This document shows positions 57,258 through 64,000 of a stretch of 64,000 nucleotides of DNA, in pieces. A model generated the notes under the pieces. The model ran no database searches. It was not told the origin of the DNA and saw only the letters and a program-made list of their open reading frames with translations. The translations under genes were made by a program, and so were the position numbers. Origin of the DNA: an uncultured Lachnospiraceae bacterium (GTDB lineage Bacteria; Bacillota; Clostridia; Lachnospirales; Lachnospiraceae); the NCBI GenBank assembly GCA_910579225.1, contig CAJTTI010000003.1:99150-163149 (forward strand). The letters are read 5' to 3'. Within the stretch, counting starts at the first letter, position 1; each line of letters opens with the position of its first letter.

Positions 57258-59112
57258 TTTTCTTAACCCCTTTCTCTAATTTTGAAATAATCTTTTCCAG
57301 AGCTTCTTTTTCCTTTAAAGCCTTTTTGAGCATCATAGTATAATCATTAGCCTCGGCTATCTTAATAGTTGCTTCAATCTCCAATAACTGTATATGATAA
57401 GCATTGAGAAACTGAAAACTTGGAATGAACATGGAGCAGTTAAAACATGCATTTGCTTTTGCACATGGAGTAGTTAGTGGATTTTTGCCACAATATCCAT
57501 TACAAAGAGCAACAGATTTTTCTGGAATTATTTCTGCCATATCTTTTCCTTTTCCAATGTTACGAATAAGCATTTCATCTTTTTCTAATCGTGGTCTTAA
57601 TTGTTCTTTGACAACATCAGTAGTAACAGTTGCATAGTGACTTAATGAGCTTAATGTTGTTTGCCCTAATAATTGTGCAGCAATATCAACACTTGTACCT
57701 TCGCTGATGAGATTCGTAGCAACAGTAGCTCTAAATCTATGAGTGGTAACGTGGAGTATCTTTCCATCCCTGCCTAAAACATTGTTTTTAACAAGTACCT
57801 TATTGATGTTCTCATTTATTGTTCCAATATTGACAGGTGTATTTTTTTCCGTAACAAAAACATATTTCACATTTTCTTCTCCAAATCGCTTTTTATTTCG
57901 CTCAATTTCTGCAAGCATAATCTTTATTGTAGTTTCAAATATTGGCTTTTCATTAACCGCTTGCGTTTTGTACTGCCATAAATCAAGATAGTATGTGCCA
58001 TCGTCATTCTGTTTAATAGCATTAACATCTAATTTTGCAAGCTCACAAAAACGCATACCAAGAAATAATAAGCAGTAAACCATTCGACCATAGAGCTTTG
58101 GCATTTGTGGAAGGACATTAAGTAATCCTTTTATTTCTTTATCTGTAAGATATTTGCTTTCTTTTTTGGTTTTTAGAACATAATCATTACTCAAAAATAG
58201 CTGTTGCTGTGGCATGTTATCTCTTTCAAGTAGCTGCCCCCAATCGAAAAATACTTTTAGATTGAGTATGGCAACATTCGCCTTGTGAGAATTATATCCA
58301 CTTGCAGTCCTTATCCAAGTAAAGTATTCTTCTACGACATCTCTGGTTAAATCAGCTAAACTTTTAAGCGGATTGTTTTCATCCAGCCAACGAATAAATA
58401 GTTTTATATCAAATAAATAAGCATATACAGCACCAAAGGTAATATCACGTAGTTTGAATAAACAAAAAGCCTGTACATTTTTTAGAGTAGCGGGATTTTT
58501 TATTTCTCTAAAATCCAAAACCTTATCAGAATCTAAGCCTTTACAGAAAGACAATTTCTTAGGATGCCAGATTAGTTTTTCTGTTTCTGGAATATCCTTT
58601 TCATAATATTGTCTTATTATAGATTGAGCATAAGTGATGAATGTGGTAAATCTACTCTTTCTGCTTGCTCTCTTAAATTCCTGACCAACAAACTGAGTGC
58701 CATTTTCAATGGTTGTTTTATTCTTCTTATGTGTTGACAGGAAAAACTCAAATATAGATAAGTCCTCCAGCTCAAGAATACTCTCACTATTGACCATATA
58801 TGTATTGACATATTCAGCAAGAATTTTGTAGCGATCATAGTATTCGGCAAATGTATTGATTCTGATTTGCTTAACTTCGATTATGTAATACATGAAGTAT
58901 TTGAACTCTTCTACAATAAATGGATTTTTGCAGAGAGTGAATTTAAAAATATTATCTGTGGTGTTTGAGCGAGCATTCCAGTCAGATTTTCTTTTTGCAG
59001 GAGCATTTTTATAAATATCCCACTCTTTGACTTTCCATTCATCGTCTTTGTATTTATCTGGAATATCAAAGGTTGGTAGTGCTGGTATTAATTTTAATTG
59101 TTTCGCTGGCAT
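57247..59112 (-). CDS. Large tyrosine recombinase (Tn554 TnpB-like), copy 2
   Basis: GMRFCE, THRFRAT, LLGQ...HY, C-terminal Cys cluster CNGYC...C...CFNC. Confidence 0.88.
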   Translation of the reverse strand: MPAKQLKLIPALPTFDIPDKYKDDEWKVKEWDIYKNAPAKRKSDWNARSNTTDNIFKFTLCKNPFIVEEFKYFMYYIIEVKQIRINTFAEYYDRYKILAEYVNTYMVNSESILELEDLSIFEFFLSTHKKNKTTIENGTQFVGQEFKRASRKSRFTTFITYAQSIIRQYYEKDIPETEKLIWHPKKLSFCKGLDSDKVLDFREIKNPATLKNVQAFCLFKLRDITFGAVYAYLFDIKLFIRWLDENNPLKSLADLTRDVVEEYFTWIRTASGYNSHKANVAILNLKVFFDWGQLLERDNMPQQQLFLSNDYVLKTKKESKYLTDKEIKGLLNVLPQMPKLYGRMVYCLLFLGMRFCELAKLDVNAIKQNDDGTYYLDLWQYKTQAVNEKPIFETTIKIMLAEIERNKKRFGEENVKYVFVTEKNTPVNIGTINENINKVLVKNNVLGRDGKILHVTTHRFRATVATNLISEGTSVDIAAQLLGQTTLSSLSHYATVTTDVVKEQLRPRLEKDEMLIRNIGKGKDMAEIIPEKSVALCNGYCGKNPLTTPCAKANACFNCSMFIPSFQFLNAYHIQLLEIEATIKIAEANDYTMMLKKALKEKEALEKIISKLEKGVKKNDS

Positions 59113-60898
59113 TATCTCCCTCCTTTTCCTCTAGTATTTGAATGATGTTTTCAAGTTCTTTTATTTGTCTTTTGGCTGTTTCAATGTTTGGTGTCCAGCC
59201 GTTTGCTTCATATATCACAAGCCTAGACTTAATTGTTGCAAGCTGATCCTTGTGAATTTGCAGGAATTTCCTTGATGTCATAAAGTGTGGACATGAAAGA
59301 CAAGCATCTACAGCAGGACAAGTGCCAAGTTTCGGAGCAAGTCCACATACACCATTTGGTAATATATTATTTTGTAGATTTTCTTTCAGCCATTCAGCTA
59401 ATTCTGCTTCTCCAGTTTTTGAAAAATATTTATCAGCTTTCATTTTTCTAAACTCTTCTGGACGTTTTACATAGGAAAGTGTCATTTGTATCTCCTTATG
59501 CCAAAGGACAGCTTTTTGTATTGTGACGATTGGCACATTATAATTTTGATACAAGTCAGTAGAAATTGTGCGCCTATAACTGTGTGTCGTGTAATTGTAA
59601 AGTGTGCCATCTTCATTTTTAATGCCCCACTCATTGCATAATTTTTTGAAGTTATTTCTGAAAGTAAGTGCATTATATGGGTAATTCTTTTTTTCTTCAG
59701 ATGGAAAGAGATATTCCTCCTCGTAATCAAGAGCATTTATAATTTTAATTTGCTCTTGGATCAGTTCAAACAACGCTTTAGGAATTAAATTCATAATTGC
59801 TTTTTGCATTTTCTGGCAGTTGTAAGGTCTAACATAATAACCATCTTTGCTATCTTCATACAGGCAGTCTGTTCTAAGTTGGCATACGTCAGAGAGCCTC
59901 ATACCTGTACAATAGTTAATCAAATACATAAGCAAATAGTTAAATGGAGCTTTGTGTAAATGATTGAAAATCTGTAATATTACATGTTCTGATACAATTT
60001 CATCACAGGCTTTACGTTCATTTTTTCTGCACATTCCTAAATTTACAGGAATAGGATTTTTCATAATTCCCTTTACTGCAAGGTATTCATACATGCCATA
60101 TATGCGAGAAATATTATGGTTATAGGCATCATCAGATAAATTCTTTTTAAAAACCAAGTATTTTCTGAAATCTTTATCTGTAACATCCAGTATGCTTTGT
60201 GGATATATAAAATCGCAAAATCTACAGATATGTGAAAAATAGTTTATTGCTGTTGAGAGAGCCTGCTCTGTATTACCGAGCAGATATTTTATATATAGTT
60301 TTGCATATTCTCTATTTTCTACATTTTCAATCTGTCTGAAATAGAATGTATATTCACTTGAAGATTTATTGACACGTTCATCAGGCAACTGGAATATACT
60401 TTTATCCCAAGTATCTCGCTCGAACCCTTTTCTTGTATCATACATTTCAAGCAAGGCATTTTTACAGGTGATAATGATTTTTTTACAATCTTTGTAATAA
60501 TGATTTTCATTACAATACCTGTCAAAAAGTTCCTTTAGCTCTTTGTCAGGAATCTCCGTAATACCATTCAGGTCTGACATAAATTTTGCCAGTCTTAAAA
60601 CATAATATATTCTGTCAGAAGCCCTTTTGTAAGGGACTTCACGACAGAAGATGGAAAAAAGTAAATCTCTAAATTGTTGTCTTGAGGTATCATTTTTAAT
60701 TGAAGTAAAATCAATCACTACTTTATAAAAGCGTTTGCTTACATCTTCAAAGGGGATTGATTTCAGTTCAACAATATCATCGCTTAATAATTCCATTACT
60801 CTGCTTTCTAATGGTGTTATACAAGTTATACTTTTTTTAGTTGCATCTGCGCTATGCAGCTTACTGGGTTTTCTTTTTAATTCTATAATCTTCGCCAT
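59066..60898 (-). CDS. Large tyrosine recombinase (Tn554 TnpB-like), copy 1
   Basis: TGMRLSD, THSYRRT, LWH...MTLSY, C-terminal Cys cluster LPNGVC...C...CLSC. Confidence 0.88.
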   Translation of the reverse strand: MAKIIELKRKPSKLHSADATKKSITCITPLESRVMELLSDDIVELKSIPFEDVSKRFYKVVIDFTSIKNDTSRQQFRDLLFSIFCREVPYKRASDRIYYVLRLAKFMSDLNGITEIPDKELKELFDRYCNENHYYKDCKKIIITCKNALLEMYDTRKGFERDTWDKSIFQLPDERVNKSSSEYTFYFRQIENVENREYAKLYIKYLLGNTEQALSTAINYFSHICRFCDFIYPQSILDVTDKDFRKYLVFKKNLSDDAYNHNISRIYGMYEYLAVKGIMKNPIPVNLGMCRKNERKACDEIVSEHVILQIFNHLHKAPFNYLLMYLINYCTGMRLSDVCQLRTDCLYEDSKDGYYVRPYNCQKMQKAIMNLIPKALFELIQEQIKIINALDYEEEYLFPSEEKKNYPYNALTFRNNFKKLCNEWGIKNEDGTLYNYTTHSYRRTISTDLYQNYNVPIVTIQKAVLWHKEIQMTLSYVKRPEEFRKMKADKYFSKTGEAELAEWLKENLQNNILPNGVCGLAPKLGTCPAVDACLSCPHFMTSRKFLQIHKDQLATIKSRLVIYEANGWTPNIETAKRQIKELENIIQILEEKEGDNASETIKINTSTTNL

Positions 60899-60902
60899 AG
60901 TA

Positions 60903-62093
60903 TTAATCCTCCATATCTTGTAATAAAAAGTCTACGAGTTCATCGGTACTCATACCATCAGGGTGAAATTCTTTATTTGCTTTATCGTAATATGTTTTCA
61001 TAGCAGCCTGTCTTGTGGGTGTATCTGCTTTTGCATAGATAGAAGCGGTGGTATTGACATTTTTGTGTCGCAGGGTGTCTTTGATTTCCACCATATCAGA
61101 GCCTTTTTGAAGCATATCTACCGCCAAGCCATGCCTGAGCATATGAGGGTGAAGTCCTTCGATACCTACTTTCTTACCAAGTTTAGAAACCATATCTTCA
61201 ATGGTGTCACGTCTCATGGGTTTATATTTATTTGTGTCTGAGTATAGATTGATAATGACGTAATCTGTATCAATATCTGATAAAGTTTCAATCAGGTAGT
61301 TATTAATTTCCCTGGCAAGAGCATCTGATACAAATACAATGCCTTCTGAATCATATTTCACAGCAGAATCAGGATTATTTGGATCGTTTCTTTTTGTGAT
61401 ATAGATTTTGTTGTTGCCAATATCTCTTAGGTCTGCAATATTAAGTCCAATTACTTCTGAGACTCTAAGTCCTCCTTCAAACATAAGTCCAATAATTATC
61501 CTGTTGCGCTGATTTGTTGCTTTTTCATAAAGAAGTTCATATTGACTTCTGGTGACATATTCAATTCTCTTTTTGGGAACTTTCTCCTTTAAAATAGAGG
61601 TAAGTTTCTTTTCCTTCTTCAAAATCATTTCTGATAGGAAAGAGCCAAATTGAGAATTGCTTCGTGTTTCTTTATAAAGATGTAGCGTGTCTATTCCTTC
61701 ATCGAACTCTAAAAAATCGTAGAAGGACAGGACAGCATTCATGATCTGGTTTACAGTGATTGCCTGCCTTTTGGCTACATATCCGTTAATGGGAGTAAGT
61801 TTTTCATCATAGTCTGGATATTTGAGCCAGAACTTAAATGTTGACAGGTTTGACAAAACCACTGATTTTTTGTTCTGCCCGACACCGACTGCTGTGTGAT
61901 AATCAAGTCCTACAAGGGAAAGCCATTCATAATAGAGCTTTAAATGCTGCGCATATGTTTTGCTGGTATTACTGCTAAAGCCATTACTGAGCATATGGAG
62001 CATGAAGCGGTAGACTGGCATGATAGGTCTATTGTTATCGTCAACTAGAAAATAGATAGTGCCGACAGCCTTTTTTACACTTTTGACTTCCAT
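60903..62093 (-). CDS. Tyrosine recombinase (Tn554 TnpA-like)
   Basis: N-terminal YFLVDD...PV.RF...SSNTSKTYAQHLKLYYE; GLRVSE, HPHMLRH, LRHKNVNTT.IY; ATG 62093 after AAAGGAGG. Confidence 0.9.
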   Translation of the reverse strand: MEVKSVKKAVGTIYFLVDDNNRPIMPVYRFMLHMLSNGFSSNTSKTYAQHLKLYYEWLSLVGLDYHTAVGVGQNKKSVVLSNLSTFKFWLKYPDYDEKLTPINGYVAKRQAITVNQIMNAVLSFYDFLEFDEGIDTLHLYKETRSNSQFGSFLSEMILKKEKKLTSILKEKVPKKRIEYVTRSQYELLYEKATNQRNRIIIGLMFEGGLRVSEVIGLNIADLRDIGNNKIYITKRNDPNNPDSAVKYDSEGIVFVSDALAREINNYLIETLSDIDTDYVIINLYSDTNKYKPMRRDTIEDMVSKLGKKVGIEGLHPHMLRHGLAVDMLQKGSDMVEIKDTLRHKNVNTTASIYAKADTPTRQAAMKTYYDKANKEFHPDGMSTDELVDFLLQDMED

Positions 62094-62309
62094 GCTGGTT
62101 CCTCCTTTCTTAATTTTCAAGGTGCAAAAGAATAGCGCTAATCTTTATATAAAAATCGTAACAGAAGATTTTATTTTCATAAATCTGTAGTATGGCGTTG
62201 GAATCGTGAATGGTTTTATTGCCTCTAAATGGCTTTTATGGTATGATAGATACAACATACATACAATATATGTGTAAATTACATTAAACATTTAAAGGGG
62301 TATTTTTCG

Positions 62310-62744
62310 ATGAAAGTTAAAAAATCTCCATATGCTACAAAGCTGGTAGATATAAGCAAAGAAAGCTCTGCAAGCCTTAATTACAGGGTGCGGAGGGCAA
62401 TCTGCGATTCATTGGAACACCGCTATCCGATTGACATTTACAATATTTCTAGGATGACAGGCATAGCCAGACAGACGCTTTACAATGACAAAGAGATCAG
62501 GTCACTGATCGAATATTACAAAGAGTACTGCCAGCACAGGCTTGATAGCTATAAAGGGGAAACTGAAAAAGATGCAAAAGAAAGGATGAAGAAGTTCCGT
62601 TTTCTTGCGGATATGCCATCACTCCAAGGCATGGAGCCAGTGATGGATGAGCTTATAGAGGAAAATCATAGATTAAATACTCAATATATGAAACTTCAGA
62701 CAAAGATTTTTGCTTTGGAAAATGGGATAGAGATAGAGAACTAA
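62310..62744 (+). CDS. Second TnpC/DUF6262-like HTH protein, divergent from the recombinase operon
   Basis: VRRAI...IDIYNISRMTGIARQTLYNDKEIRSLIE, then a coiled coil. Confidence 0.6.
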   Translation: MKVKKSPYATKLVDISKESSASLNYRVRRAICDSLEHRYPIDIYNISRMTGIARQTLYNDKEIRSLIEYYKEYCQHRLDSYKGETEKDAKERMKKFRFLADMPSLQGMEPVMDELIEENHRLNTQYMKLQTKIFALENGIEIEN

Positions 62745-62766
62745 GCTCTATCCCATTTTGTATACA

Positions 62767-63057
62767 TCAGTTTGAATCTTTGCTATAGTAAAATTCATTC
62801 ATTACTTTTTCGCAATCCTCTTCACTGGTCAAGTCATAATGCCCGTAGTTAAGGCTCTTTGTAGTTTCGTTCCAACCAGTCCAAACTGCATATGTACCAT
62901 CATCCTTTTTTGCCGATACCATATAAAGATAGGAATCGTCTGGATGATACGATTTTCTTCTAACTTTCAGAACAGCATACTTGGGGAGATGTTCCTTAAA
63001 ATATGCTTTTACATCTTCTATAACTTCTACTGATACATATAATTTGCTCATATTCAT
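62767..63057 (-). CDS. Hypothetical protein (96 aa)
   Basis: ATG 63057 after AAGGAG; co-oriented with radC. Confidence 0.65.
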   Translation of the reverse strand: MNMSKLYVSVEVIEDVKAYFKEHLPKYAVLKVRRKSYHPDDSYLYMVSAKKDDGTYAVWTGWNETTKSLNYGHYDLTSEEDCEKVMNEFYYSKDSN

Positions 63058-63064
63058 ATTCTCC

Positions 63065-63544
63065 TTAACAATTTGATAAAAGTTTTTCCCTGTGAAAGCT
63101 GATAAAGCATTTATCGCCAATAATGATATGGTCTAATAATTCTATTCCTATCAGTTCTCCTGCTTGTTTTATGCGTTTCGTGATAGCTATATCATCAGAA
63201 GAAGGTTCAGGATAGCCTGACGGATGATTATGTACAAGAATGATTCCAGTAGCACCAATCATCAAAGCTCTGCTAAAAATCTCTCGTGGAGAAACTAAGC
63301 AATTTGATACAGTGCCATGGGATATTTCAAATATCCCTGTTATATCACCTTTTGTATTTAAGGTAAGAAGATACATATATTCTTCTGCCATGTTCTGTAA
63401 ATCTAGCAGGTCATTAAGAGCGTTTACTATATGCTCGGCACATTGCAATTTTTTATATGCAGAGTAATTTACAGCTTTTTCCTTTATAAGCTCGCTACGC
63501 TTGGTTTCTCTGTTAATCTTTACATTATAGCTTGTAATCCTCAT
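63065..63544 (-). CDS. radC: RadC-like JAB domain protein (short, mobile-element type)
   Basis: E...SHGT...VSPREIF, HNHPSG..EPS..D, LLDHIIIG. Confidence 0.92.
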   Translation of the reverse strand: MRITSYNVKINRETKRSELIKEKAVNYSAYKKLQCAEHIVNALNDLLDLQNMAEEYMYLLTLNTKGDITGIFEISHGTVSNCLVSPREIFSRALMIGATGIILVHNHPSGYPEPSSDDIAITKRIKQAGELIGIELLDHIIIGDKCFISFHREKLLSNC

Positions 63545-63559
63545 ATATTCTCCTTATGC

Positions 63560-63988
63560 TTAGATAAGTGGCAACATATAAAATCTATCGCCAAGTACCT
63601 GCGATAATTCGGCAGTATCTTCTTCACTAGAGATAAGCTGCAGGTGATAGAAGATAAGACTAGAAAAGGTTTGCTGCAGTGTCCTATGGTCACAAGACAT
63701 AATTTCAGCCACTTTCATCATTTTGCTGTTATCTACAGATTCTAGTCTTTTTCTGATAAAAGGAACTGTAGCCAGTAAGCGTCCAACTTTTGCCGACTGC
63801 TCATTTCGTAAGTCAGTTCTGTATTCATTGCTTGTTAAAATCTTAATCCAGCAAAAATCTAAGTCTTGCATGTCTTTGGAATTTTTCTGCTCCGTTGCAA
63901 TAAGCTGTGGCTTGAATAGAAAGTTATTCACTTCGCCAGAAAAGTATCTTGCTATTTCTTTTACTTCTGTACTTTTTAAATCCATCAT
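63560..63988 (-). CDS. Hypothetical protein
   Basis: 142-aa ORF co-oriented with and 15 bp upstream of radC. Confidence 0.6.
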   Translation of the reverse strand: MMDLKSTEVKEIARYFSGEVNNFLFKPQLIATEQKNSKDMQDLDFCWIKILTSNEYRTDLRNEQSAKVGRLLATVPFIRKRLESVDNSKMMKVAEIMSCDHRTLQQTFSSLIFYHLQLISSEEDTAELSQVLGDRFYMLPLI

Positions 63989-64000
63989 TTTTCCTCTTCC

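Larger units (their letters stand above)
56667..64000. mobile_element. Integrated AT-rich element with a Tn554-like triple tyrosine recombinase module; right end outside the window
   Basis: Abrupt AT enrichment starting inside cpaF; three tyrosine recombinases, two TnpC-like genes, radC. Confidence 0.88.

Overview
Chromosomal window from a spore-forming Clostridia bacterium, probably Lachnospiraceae (inferred from bofA, a YaaL-like gene, split gcvPA/PB and gene style). From left to right it holds: metG; gdhA with a divergent LysR gene; a gcvT-H-PA-PB-lplA operon under a tandem glycine riboswitch; and a PucR-family regulator followed by a 24-gene, ~25.7 kb catabolic run (12973-38658). That run combines a BMP-type ABC importer, a ureide/hydantoin ring-opening enzyme set, polyol-type redox and kinase enzymes, an amine dehydrogenase with ETF, and a split TPP/lipoyl dehydrogenase complex. 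Its substrate cannot be assigned from sequence. Next come a PRD-activator-controlled Lac/Cel-family PTS locus with glycosylasparaginase (two identical operators are visible), a decayed Rpn-like gene, a NERD gene, ktrBA, sporulation genes and the start of a Tad pilus operon. The cpaF/tadA ATPase of that operon is cut at Walker B by an AT-rich integrated element carrying three Tn554-like tyrosine recombinases, two TnpC-like genes and radC; the element runs off the right end. A recurring non-coding motif, AAAYA-[variable hairpin]-RGAACT, sits just upstream of Shine-Dalgarno sequences in several unrelated operons. All calls come from reading motifs by eye; no database searches were run.
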